Of a DNA stretch of 59,172 bases, positions 19,651 to 29,837 are shown one piece after another. Positions within the stretch are counted from its first letter, which is position 1, and every line of letters begins with the position of its first letter. The notes below the pieces were generated by a model. The model made no database searches. It had not been told where the DNA came from and saw nothing but the letters and a program-made list of their open reading frames with translations. The stretch is from Panacagrimonas sp. (GTDB taxonomy: Bacteria; Pseudomonadota; Gammaproteobacteria; Nevskiales; Nevskiaceae), in NCBI GenBank assembly GCA_052387335.1, contig JBQTJH010000080.1, forward strand, positions 1 to 59,172, given 5' to 3'. A program made the translations under genes and the position numbers.

Positions 19651-20439
19651 TCAGGAACTTTGCCGTGAGACGGGTTGGGTGACCGGCTTCGGCATGGTGG
19701 GTTTGGGCTGGGGCTTGGCGACTGCTTTTGGCGGCGAGATCGCGGGCACCGGCTTCTTCAAAGTCTGCGCGCGTCGGCGCAATCCGGCCAGGGCTTCAGC
19801 CAACATGCCCGACTGCTGTACCAGTCGCTGCACCGCCGCCTCGTCACCGCGCACCAGCATCAGCAGGATCAGGTTGGTGCGCGCCTTGGCGCTGCCGGTT
19901 CCGGCCTCCAGTTCTACTGCTGTTGCCAGCTCCGGCAGGGATTCGGCATAGCGCCCTGACAGCATCAGTGCATAGCCTAGGTCGTTGCGCATCTCGGCAT
20001 CCGTGGGCCGACGCTGCACGGCCTGCTGCAACTGCCAGACGGCAGTTCGCAGATCGCTGGTGACGCTGAGCCGACCCAGGCCGGGATACGCGTCGGCGGC
20101 GTAACGGGTCTTGAGCAGCTCGCGGTAGATCGCACGGGCGGGCTCTGTCTGGCCGAGCTTGCGGCGAGCCTGGCCCTCCAGCAGGCGCAGCTCGTCGGTC
20201 GAACCGGTTTCCCGCACCTGCGCCTGCACGTGCGCCAACGCGGCGTAGTACTGCTGCTGGTCCAGCATCTTGCGAATCAGATCAAGGTGAACGCGTCGCC
20301 GGCTCTCCGGCGTGTCCGTCGGAATCTCGCCAGCCACCGCACTGTCGACGGCACGGCGTGATTCGGTGACACAGGCGCTGGTCCATGCCAGCAGCAGCGA
20401 ACAGGCCAGCACGCGACCACAGGCAAGCGCTGCATTCAC
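19651..20439 (-). CDS. tadD: TadD-like TPR lipoprotein (pilotin)
   Basis: Lipobox-like TSAC, YYAALAH, RNDLGYALM TPR, Pro/Lys-rich tail. Confidence 0.82.
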   Translation of the reverse strand: MNAALACGRVLACSLLLAWTSACVTESRRAVDSAVAGEIPTDTPESRRRVHLDLIRKMLDQQQYYAALAHVQAQVRETGSTDELRLLEGQARRKLGQTEPARAIYRELLKTRYAADAYPGLGRLSVTSDLRTAVWQLQQAVQRRPTDAEMRNDLGYALMLSGRYAESLPELATAVELEAGTGSAKARTNLILLMLVRGDEAAVQRLVQQSGMLAEALAGLRRRAQTLKKPVPAISPPKAVAKPQPKPTMPKPVTQPVSRQSS

Positions 20440-21374
20440 TTGGTGACGTTGCCCAGCGCAGTGATCACAGACAGGAAGGCCGGACCCGCGACGAAGATCA
20501 GCAGCGCGGGAAAAAAGAACATCACCATCACCACGGTCATGCGACCGGACAGCAGATTCACCAGCTCGCGCATATCCAGCGAACGCCGCTCCTCAATCAC
20601 CTTGAGTGCTTCCAGCAGCGGCTCGCGCACTTCACCGCCGTATCGATCCACCTGCCGGAGTAAGGCCAGCACATTGCCCAGGTCTTCCAATGCGATGGCC
20701 TTGGACAGGTTATCCAGCAGCTCCGAGGTTTCACCACCGGCTTCCATCTGGCGCAGGATGAGGTCGAACTCGCGGCCGAGCTCCGGCAACACACCGCTGC
20801 CCTCGCGAACGAGGCTGGCAAAGGCCTGGCGCGTGGACAGGCCGGCCTCAAACAGAAGAATCAGCAGATGCACAAACAGCGGCACCTCGCGCTTGATGCG
20901 CTGCACCCGCCCATTGGCGATGGACCGCAGCACCATTTTGGGCAGCAATAAACCCAGCATCACACCAGCAAGCGGAATGACGATTGCCAGCATGGGCTTG
21001 CTGAATTTTTCCGGATTTGCCGAGATGACTAGCAGCGACAAACCCAGTAGCGCCAGCGGCGTGATCACCTGCGAGGCGTAATACATCACGCGTTGCTGCG
21101 GTGTACGCCAGCCCGCCTGCAGCAGCATGCGGACACTTTCCTTATTGGTGTCGACCAGAGCTTCCAGCTTCTTGCCGCGCGTGGCGATGGATTGGAGCAA
21201 CTCGCTACCACCGGCGTCGCCAAATTCACCCACCTCCACGCCATCGGGGTTCAATCGGCGCTGCAGGCGCGAGGACTCGCGCGACTGCCAGATCAGCACC
21301 GCCACGCCCAGTACTGCCACACCGGCCAGCACGATGCCGCCAGCCACCAGGGCTGCGAACAGTCCGGCGCTCAT
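20436..21374 (-). CDS. tadC: TadC (T2SS F family)
   Basis: LLQAGWR, LLFEAGLS, QVDRYGG, MTVVMVMFFFPALLIFVAGP. Confidence 0.9.
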   Translation of the reverse strand: MSAGLFAALVAGGIVLAGVAVLGVAVLIWQSRESSRLQRRLNPDGVEVGEFGDAGGSELLQSIATRGKKLEALVDTNKESVRMLLQAGWRTPQQRVMYYASQVITPLALLGLSLLVISANPEKFSKPMLAIVIPLAGVMLGLLLPKMVLRSIANGRVQRIKREVPLFVHLLILLFEAGLSTRQAFASLVREGSGVLPELGREFDLILRQMEAGGETSELLDNLSKAIALEDLGNVLALLRQVDRYGGEVREPLLEALKVIEERRSLDMRELVNLLSGRMTVVMVMFFFPALLIFVAGPAFLSVITALGNVTK

Positions 21375-21417
21375 TCGGAGGCCCCGCGAACCAACGGTTC
21401 AATTCTCGCGGTGCACA

Positions 21418-22337
21418 TCAGTCGTTGTCCTCGGTGGCAGCCATCATGCGGTAGATCACCACCACGCCCATGACCTGCAGCAGTACCGCACCGATCAGCA
21501 CGATGCGGCCACCGGGCGATTCCCACATCTGCGCGTAGTACTGACGGTTCTGCAGGTAGATGTACACCGTCAGGAATGAGGGAATGATGGCCAGCACCAG
21601 CGCCGAGAAGCGCGTCTCGGCAGTGAGCGCACGCAACTCGCGCGCGGCGGCATCACGCGAGCGGATTGCCGCAATCAAGCTGCGAAACACATTGCGAAGA
21701 GAACCGCCGTACTTGCGGTTGATGGACGCGGCGAGCGCGATCACCTTGATGTCGCGGATACGATGGATCTCGGCCGACTCACTGAGCACCTGATCAAGCG
21801 GCGCACCCAGCCGTACCTGCCGTCCCACAGACAGGAACAGCGGCCGCAAGGGTTCCGGACTTTCCGCGGCGGCCGTCGCCAGCGATTCCTCCAAAGTATT
21901 GCCCGCCTGCAGCACACGTAATCCTGCTTCGAGAAAAGCGGGCAACTGTTCCACAATCTTGGCGCGGCGCCGCGCAGCCTGCTGGCGCAACACACCATAG
22001 CCAAAGGCGAGCACGAAGCCGATGACAATGCTGCCGCCAAAGAATCCGAAAATCAGCAGGGTGACCGGCACCAGTGCCGCCAGAATCCACAGGATCTTGG
22101 CAACGGTAGCGGGTTCGACCTCGGAGCCGGTGCGCCAGATGATGAAGCAGGCCGTGCGCAGCAGCGGGTTGCGCAGTTGCGCTTCGCGCGTCGCCAGAAT
22201 CTGCGCGCCGGCTTCTTCGCCCGCACGCAGACGCACCAGCAAGTCATCACGGCGCGAGCGGCTGTCGGCGTACATGAACAGCCAGATGGCCAGTCCCGCC
22301 ATCGCCAGTGCCAGCACAAAATACAGAATGGCTGAGG

Positions 22338-22341
<4 letters not shown>
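21418..22341 (-). CDS. tadB: TadB (T2SS F family)
   Basis: QLPAFLE...LQAG, INRKYGG, ELRALTAETRFSA. Confidence 0.9.
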
Positions 22342-23558
<1,217 letters not shown>

Positions 23559-23580
23559 GCGGGCCTGGACCTACATCGGT

Positions 23581-24774
23581 TCAACTGAACAGCTTGCCCA
23601 GCAAGCCGGCAGCACCCGCTGGTTTTGTCGCCGCGAGTGGCTCGCCGGCAAGCAGCGCCGAGGCCAGCTGGCGCACGCCAGCGCAGTATTCATCCTTGGG
23701 CGCACACGCGAATAGTGGCTCGCCCTGGTTCATCGACTGAGTGCGATTGGCCACCTGCGTGCTCAGGGTTGCCGTCACCGGCAGATCGAGCAGCTCCGCC
23801 AGATTCTGCGGTTCCAGGCCGATGCGCCGCCGGTAGTTGTCGACCACTAGGCCCGTGCGGTCGAGCGCACATTCCTCCAGCCGCAGCGCACGTAGCAGGT
23901 ACTTGCTGTGACGCGAGCGCAGGATGGACTGATCGGTGATGAGCAAGCTGCGTTCGCAAGCGCCGATCAGACCGCGCAACACGTCGATGGACAGATGGCC
24001 GTCGAAGGCCACCACGATGCAACCAAACAGGCCGCGCAGCACAGTGAGCAGCTTGACCAGCTCGTCACCGTCAATCGGCGGACGGCCGATCACATCTTCC
24101 GGCAGGCTCAGCACATACAAGCCACTCCCGTGACGGGCGAAGGCCGTTTCCACCAAGGTGGCGTCACAACGACTGCCATCGTTGATGGCATCGAGCACGC
24201 CGTAACTCTGGTTGAGATTCAGAAAAATGCTGCTGGCACCGGCAGGCACCGCCACGTCCACCAGCAGAGCACGCTCGCCCTTGGCCAGACGCTCGGCACA
24301 GGCCAGCGCCAGGTGCTCGGCCAGGAAGGCGATGTCCTCGCCCGGCAGCGCGCCCAGCACACCGAACAGACGTCCGAGCTTGCGACCACCGGCCTGCACC
24401 GGCACCGCGCGTCGCAGCAGTCGACCAATCAGGGCGGCCACGTTGGCGTCATCACGGCGCAGGACGAAGAAGTCGCGTGCTCCCGCGCGCATGGCGGCCA
24501 GCATCAGATTGGCGTCACCATCCTGTCCCAGGCCAGCCACCGCCATATCTGGCATGCGTTCAAGCAGGCGCTCGACCAGCACCGCGCGCTGCGCCGAAGA
24601 CTCCGGCGCAAATTCGAAGAACACCACATCGACACGACCGACTGCATCGATGCGTTCGAGCAAATCTTCCACGTCGAGTGGGCGCGCCAGGGAAAATTCG
24701 GCGCCGGGAGCCGCGTTCTGCAGCCAGCTCAGGAACACCGGATCGTCAGCGACCACCAGGGCCTGCGTCTTCAC
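23581..24774 (-). CDS. cpaE: CpaE/TadZ pilus localisation protein
   Basis: Receiver-like N-domain (LAAMRAGARDFF) plus degenerate MinD-like domain; GTG start. Confidence 0.88.
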   Translation of the reverse strand: MKTQALVVADDPVFLSWLQNAAPGAEFSLARPLDVEDLLERIDAVGRVDVVFFEFAPESSAQRAVLVERLLERMPDMAVAGLGQDGDANLMLAAMRAGARDFFVLRRDDANVAALIGRLLRRAVPVQAGGRKLGRLFGVLGALPGEDIAFLAEHLALACAERLAKGERALLVDVAVPAGASSIFLNLNQSYGVLDAINDGSRCDATLVETAFARHGSGLYVLSLPEDVIGRPPIDGDELVKLLTVLRGLFGCIVVAFDGHLSIDVLRGLIGACERSLLITDQSILRSRHSKYLLRALRLEECALDRTGLVVDNYRRRIGLEPQNLAELLDLPVTATLSTQVANRTQSMNQGEPLFACAPKDEYCAGVRQLASALLAGEPLAATKPAGAAGLLGKLFS

Positions 24775-24832
24775 ACTCTCTCCCGCACCGTATTTTGATT
24801 TTTTATGAGATCAAGCGCGCTCGCGTTCGGCC

Positions 24833-26170
24833 TTAATTGGTGAATCCGTAGGCGTCGGTATCGAACTCACCGGTCTCCTCCAGAATCAGGCCGCCGAATC
24901 CAGGCCGGTAGTTGTCCAGCTTCTGGCCCGGTAAGGGTGGCAGCTTGGCCTCGCGCGCAATGGGCCGCACCAGATGCGGCGTGACGATCATGATCAGTTC
25001 CTTCTCCGAGCGGTCGTAACGCACCGACTTGAAGAACGCACCGATGATGGGGATATCGGCCAGGCCCGGCACCTTGTCGACATTGGCGATCAGATTGTTG
25101 CTGACCAAGCCGGATATGACGAAGCTTTCGCCGTCACCCAGTTCAACCATGGTCTCGGTGCGGCGCACGGTCAGCGCCGGAACCGAAACACCGCCGATCT
25201 GAATGCCGGCAGAGAAATCCAGATCACTGACCTCGGGCGCCACCTTGAGCGCGATACGGTCCTTGGACAGCACCGTGGGCGTCAGCGGCAGCCGTACGCC
25301 GAATTCCTTGAACTCGATGGTGATGGCCGCGTTACCCCCACCGCCCGATCCGGACTGATTCACCGGCACCGGGAACTCGCCGCCGGCGAGAAAGGAGGCC
25401 GTCTGGCCGCTCATGACGGTGAGGCTGGGCTCGGCCAGAATCCGCACCACACCGCGGCTCTCCAGGATGCTCAGCATGCCGCCAATGGTTTCGTTGTTGC
25501 CGATGTTGGTGGGGCTGACCAGCAGATTGAACGCGCCGGTGATCAGGTCGGTGGACACCTGCGGCGAGGAGAACGACACGTTGCCGTCGTTACCGATACG
25601 TGAATAGTTCAAATTCAGGCCATACCTCTTGGCCGTCGTGCGGTTGACCTCGGCGATCTTGATCTGGGTCATGACCTGGAAGTCGCCTTCCACCATGCTC
25701 TGATCGCTTAGCTTCTCTGGCGGCGTGGCCGCCTGCTTGGCGCGGCGATACGCCAGCATATTGGGCAGCTTGCCGCTCAGGCTGGCGCCGCGCTCGATGT
25801 TTGCGCCTACCAGTTCCGGATCGGGCTTGGCCTGCTTGGTCGGGTCCTTCACCGCGCCGACGCGCACGCGGAATTCCTTGGGCCGCGCGCTAGTTTTGGG
25901 CCAGACCAGCAGGCTGGTGACGCCCAACTTCTTACCGGCGACCAGCAGCTCGCGCCCGTTGATGACATTGACGTCGGCAATGCTCGGATCACCGACCGCC
26001 AGACGCTGAATACCGGCGGTTTCGCGGATCAGCTTGTGCGTGCCGACTTCGACCTCGATCAGGTTTTCCAGCGGTGCCGTCGCCGCGCTGGCGCCGGTTC
26101 CGGCCAGCAGCACCATCAAGGGGATACTCAAACTCTGCAGCCACGTCCGGATGCCGTTCTTCGAGTTCAT
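24833..26170 (-). CDS. rcpA: Secretin RcpA/CpaC
   Basis: AVGDPSIADV, LAEPSL..SGQTASFLAGGEFPVP, KVAPEVSDLD, ELIMIVTPHLV. Confidence 0.93.
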   Translation of the reverse strand: MNSKNGIRTWLQSLSIPLMVLLAGTGASAATAPLENLIEVEVGTHKLIRETAGIQRLAVGDPSIADVNVINGRELLVAGKKLGVTSLLVWPKTSARPKEFRVRVGAVKDPTKQAKPDPELVGANIERGASLSGKLPNMLAYRRAKQAATPPEKLSDQSMVEGDFQVMTQIKIAEVNRTTAKRYGLNLNYSRIGNDGNVSFSSPQVSTDLITGAFNLLVSPTNIGNNETIGGMLSILESRGVVRILAEPSLTVMSGQTASFLAGGEFPVPVNQSGSGGGGNAAITIEFKEFGVRLPLTPTVLSKDRIALKVAPEVSDLDFSAGIQIGGVSVPALTVRRTETMVELGDGESFVISGLVSNNLIANVDKVPGLADIPIIGAFFKSVRYDRSEKELIMIVTPHLVRPIAREAKLPPLPGQKLDNYRPGFGGLILEETGEFDTDAYGFTN

Positions 26171-26275
26171 GTGCGGCTGCCTTGTCCCTGATTCGCGCTA
26201 CTCATTATGTTTCCGCGTTGTCACCGTTCGCCACGCGAAGGATGACCGTTAGTGGAGCCCTTGTGACGTCTGCTG

Positions 26276-27223
26276 CTATGGCGTGACCACCTGAATCTCG
26301 GACGCCCGGTAGATAAATATTTTCGGCGGCTGCCTCTGCTTCTGCGCGGGCGGCGGCTCAACTTGCGACAACTGCCGTGCGGTGTAGGCCAGATCCGGCA
26401 CCTTCTTGGCCGCTTCGGCCTTGAGCGCGTCCTCGCTCATGGGCAGCGCGTTGGCCGCGGTCAGCGTTGCCGCCGAAGTGTCCGCGCCGCGATCCGCGCC
26501 CGCCACGTTGGTCGCGGTGCCATGCAGGGCCAGACGCAGCTCGCCCATGCTGGCGCCCAACATCAACCGGGTGGTGTCGGCCTCAGGCACCGCCAGCACC
26601 GCGGTGCGTTGACGGCGTCCGGAGCGCTCTGATCCTTCCTGTTCCTTCAGGCCTTCCGGCCGGTCCACCAGCAGCTCGTGGTAGGCCAGCACGCGGGTGT
26701 CCTTGAGCAGAACGCGGGCCTGGGTGCTCTCCACCTCGCCGGCGCTGCGCAGATAGATCAGCACGTCGACGATATCGCCGGGGCGGACGAAACCGCCGAC
26801 GCCGATGACGTCGCTGACTTCAACCGAAATCGCCTTGAAGCCGACCGGGACCGACTTCGCCAACACATTGCCTTCGGCGAAATAGCGCTTGGTAACTGGT
26901 GCGCCCTGGTCCACATCGACCAGCGGCTGCTTGCCGACCACGTCCTCCAGGCTGGTGTAGTAATCACGCGGCGCCACGGTGATTTCGGCCAGGACCACGT
27001 CGTCCTTGGCGATGGCCTTGTAGGCCGCCAAGGGCTTGACCGCGACCACCGCCAGAATCTTGGGGGTTTCGTCGCTTTTCTGCGTCTTGGCCTGCGCCTG
27101 AGTCTGCGCACGCTCCGCGTTTTCGGCGTACTGACGGCTGACGCGATAACCGACAAACGCCAGAACCACCGTCAGCACGATGGCGACCACGGCGACTAGT
27201 TTGGCGGCGTTACTGCTGATCAT
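26276..27223 (-). CDS. cpaB: CpaB/RcpC pilus assembly protein
   Basis: SAF domain, VGGFVRPGDIVDV, GELRLAL. Confidence 0.92.
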   Translation of the reverse strand: MISSNAAKLVAVVAIVLTVVLAFVGYRVSRQYAENAERAQTQAQAKTQKSDETPKILAVVAVKPLAAYKAIAKDDVVLAEITVAPRDYYTSLEDVVGKQPLVDVDQGAPVTKRYFAEGNVLAKSVPVGFKAISVEVSDVIGVGGFVRPGDIVDVLIYLRSAGEVESTQARVLLKDTRVLAYHELLVDRPEGLKEQEGSERSGRRQRTAVLAVPEADTTRLMLGASMGELRLALHGTATNVAGADRGADTSAATLTAANALPMSEDALKAEAAKKVPDLAYTARQLSQVEPPPAQKQRQPPKIFIYRASEIQVVTP

Positions 27224-27362
27224 GCGTCGAGCCCCTAGGATAAGAATTCCGAGTCAGCAGCCTGTGACTCCCCATAAGCCGCAGTGGATACACTGACATA
27301 ACACGACTCAATCGTGGTGCATCAAAAGCCCAAAAAATTGCAGCCCGGGTGCGATTCGATCA

Positions 27363-27406
27363 CGCAGTGACGACCACTTGATCAATTAGCAAGGGACGTC
27401 ACTGCG
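27363..27406 (-). terminator. Stem-loop downstream of flp (attenuator or mRNA stabiliser)
   Basis: CGCAGTGACG (27363-72)/CGTCACTGCG (27397-406) perfect 10-bp stem with further inner pairing, 25 nt after the flp stop; no clear U-tract. Confidence 0.5.
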
Positions 27407-27431
27407 GTTGGAGCCCGAGACCCGTCTACGG

Positions 27432-27641
27432 TTAGCCGCCAGCAGGAACCGCACCCTTCAGCTCAGACGATGCTTCGCTAAAGATCGACTCTAGGTCCCC
27501 GCCGATGGTTATAAGGATGCCGACAATAACCACAGCGATCAGTCCAAGAATCAGACCATACTCAACCGCGCTTGCACCTTCCTGCTTGCGATTCAGACTC
27601 ACGGCGGCAGCATAGGCGCGGAAAAACATTTCATTCAACAT
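27432..27641 (-). CDS. flp: Flp type IVb pilin
   Basis: EGASAVEYGLILGLIAVV Flp motif; GGAG RBS before ATG 27641. Confidence 0.92.
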   Translation of the reverse strand: MLNEMFFRAYAAAVSLNRKQEGASAVEYGLILGLIAVVIVGILITIGGDLESIFSEASSELKGAVPAGG

Positions 27642-27802
27642 GACAGGACTCCGATTTAGGACTGGCTCCAGCTCGGCCAGCGCAGTCACTATGATGTTCG
27701 TGTCAGGGGGTGTCAAAGCTGCACAGGGCGTGGTTTTCTACCGCTCGTCGGCCTCACGCTAAAGTTCACATCGCTCGCTCCGCGTCGTCTGAAAACCACT
27801 CG

Positions 27803-28630
27803 ATGCCCACCTATGCAATTGGAGATGTACAGGGCTGCCATCAGGAGTTGCTGGCGCTGCTTGAACTGATCCAGTTCGATCGCGCTCGCGACCGCGTCGT
27901 TTTCGTCGGAGATCTGGTCAATCGGGGCCCCGACTCCCTGGCGGTGCTGCGCCTGGTTAAAGATTTAGGCGACGCGGCGGTAACCGTCCTCGGTAATCAC
28001 GATCTACACCTGCTGGCCGTATCCCAGGGCGGGAAGCTGGGCGGGCGAGACACTCTTGCCGAGGTGCTCTGTGCCCCGGACTGCGATGCATTGCTGGATT
28101 GGTTGATGCGGCAGCCCCTGGCATGGTGCCATCCGGAGTCGGACACCTTGCTGGTTCATGCGGGGCTTCCCCCGCAATGGAGCGTACAACTTGCGCTTGA
28201 TCTGGCTGCTGAAGCGGGGGCGCTGATCGCAGGTCCCAAAGGAGGCGGCTTTCTGAGGCGGATGTACGGTGATGAACCGTCCCTGTGGTCACCACGACTC
28301 AGAGGGTTGGACCGCACGAGGTTCGTGGTCAACTGCCTGACACGGATGCGCTACTGCGATGTCGACGGGCGTCTAGATCTGCGTCAGAAGGGGGTGCCGG
28401 GCTCGCAACCATCGCATCTGCTTCCCTGGTTCCAGGTACCGGGGCGCTTGAGCGAAGGCGCGTCGGCGGTCTTCGGTCACTGGTCCACTCTAGGCAAGAC
28501 GCATTGGCCCGAAGCGCGAGTACACGGTCTGGATACCGGTTGCGTCTGGGGCGGTCGCTTGACCAGCCTGTGCCTGGACGATGGTCGGCTGCAGTCTGTC
28601 GCCGGCCGCGCTTACAGCTTGATCGACTGA
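27803..28630 (+). CDS. apaH: Symmetrical Ap4A hydrolase ApaH
   Basis: YAIGDVQGC, GDLVNRGPDS, LGNHDLHLL, TRMRYC, FGHWSTLG, LDTGCVWGG. Confidence 0.95.
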   Translation: MPTYAIGDVQGCHQELLALLELIQFDRARDRVVFVGDLVNRGPDSLAVLRLVKDLGDAAVTVLGNHDLHLLAVSQGGKLGGRDTLAEVLCAPDCDALLDWLMRQPLAWCHPESDTLLVHAGLPPQWSVQLALDLAAEAGALIAGPKGGGFLRRMYGDEPSLWSPRLRGLDRTRFVVNCLTRMRYCDVDGRLDLRQKGVPGSQPSHLLPWFQVPGRLSEGASAVFGHWSTLGKTHWPEARVHGLDTGCVWGGRLTSLCLDDGRLQSVAGRAYSLID

Positions 28631-28644
28631 ATATCCGGGCTTGA

Positions 28645-29781
28645 ATGGAACAGCCTTCTTCTCGCGAAACGATCCTGAGCGGCCGGGGGCCATCGTCTGA
28701 AACGGCTGTTGTCGGCAGCCAGAGAGTCGGGCAAGACTGCTTCAAGAAGCTGGCTCTTGAGCTGGCGCTTTACCTTGGGATGGTTGCGACGTACGCGGGA
28801 TCGGCATTACTGGTCGCGGAGTATGCGCAGCTAGATAACGCCATCGCGTTTCGCCTGTACTCGCATGGACTGTTTGTGATGCTCAGTGCCACCGCGGTCT
28901 GCATGCTGGTTGGATATCTGCTGCACGTCCTTATTGTGCGCCGCCCCGATTATCCGCTGCGCTACGTGCGGGATGACCTGCGGTCGCACCTGCATCTACG
29001 CGAACGTCTGCTGCTCGGCATTCCCTTGATGCTGCTGCTTTCGATCTTCATGAGCGCGTTCTCGTCATGGAAGGTCATGATTCCAGATCTACAGCCCTTC
29101 TCCTGGGATGCCAGCTTCGCCGAGTGGGACCGCGTGCTGCACGGCGGTACCGCGCCTTGGCAATGGTTGCATCCGGTGCTCGGACAGCCTTGGATCAGCT
29201 CGTCGATCAACTTTGTCTACAACGCATGGCTGCTCCTGCTGTACTTCGTCCTGATATGGCAGGCGTTTACGATCCGGAATCGGACGCTACGGATGCAGTT
29301 CTATATCAGCTTTTTTTTGAGCTGGAGCCTGCTCGGCAGCGTCACGGCCACCGCGCTTTCTTCAGCGGGCCCTTGTTATTTTGAGTACCTGACTCAGGGA
29401 GAAAATCCGTTTGCGCCACTCATGGCCTATCTGCGCCAGAGCAGCGCTCAGGTGCCGCTGTGGTCTCTGGACGTGCAGCAAGAGCTCTGGCTCAGCTATT
29501 CCAACCGCGCACTGGAGATTGGCCGCGGAATTTCTGCGATGCCCAGCATGCATGTTTCTAGTGCCCTGTTGATGACACTCGTCGCATGGCGCGTACACCG
29601 CGGCCTCGGATGGGCCTTCTGCATTTTCCTGATCGTGATCCTGCTCGGGTCGATACACCTGGGTTGGCATTACGCGATCGACGGCTACGTCTCATTGATT
29701 GCCACGGTGGCGCTGTGGAAGCTCGCCGGGCTTGTGGTTCGACATCGACTTTTCCGCGGCTCGGGCCCCGAGGAAGCATGA
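28645..29781 (+). CDS. PAP2_3 / Aur1(IPC synthase)-like membrane phosphotransferase
   Basis: SAGPCY, ISAMPSMH, GSIHLGWHYAIDG, multiple TM helices. Confidence 0.85.
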   Translation: MEQPSSRETILSGRGPSSETAVVGSQRVGQDCFKKLALELALYLGMVATYAGSALLVAEYAQLDNAIAFRLYSHGLFVMLSATAVCMLVGYLLHVLIVRRPDYPLRYVRDDLRSHLHLRERLLLGIPLMLLLSIFMSAFSSWKVMIPDLQPFSWDASFAEWDRVLHGGTAPWQWLHPVLGQPWISSSINFVYNAWLLLLYFVLIWQAFTIRNRTLRMQFYISFFLSWSLLGSVTATALSSAGPCYFEYLTQGENPFAPLMAYLRQSSAQVPLWSLDVQQELWLSYSNRALEIGRGISAMPSMHVSSALLMTLVAWRVHRGLGWAFCIFLIVILLGSIHLGWHYAIDGYVSLIATVALWKLAGLVVRHRLFRGSGPEEA

Positions 29782-29787
29782 CGTCGA

Positions 29788-29822
29788 AAAAGAAAGCCCA
29801 GCGAATAGCCGGGCTTTCTTTT
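29788..29822. terminator. Bidirectional intrinsic terminator
   Basis: AAAAGAAAGCCC...GGGCTTTCTTTT between convergent genes. Confidence 0.8.
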
Positions 29823-29837
29823 CCACCAAGCTCGACC

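Noticed and set aside
27642-27802. c-di-GMP riboswitch upstream of flp
   Set aside because: No GEMM-type GGCAAA/GNRA-receptor pattern visible on the minus strand.
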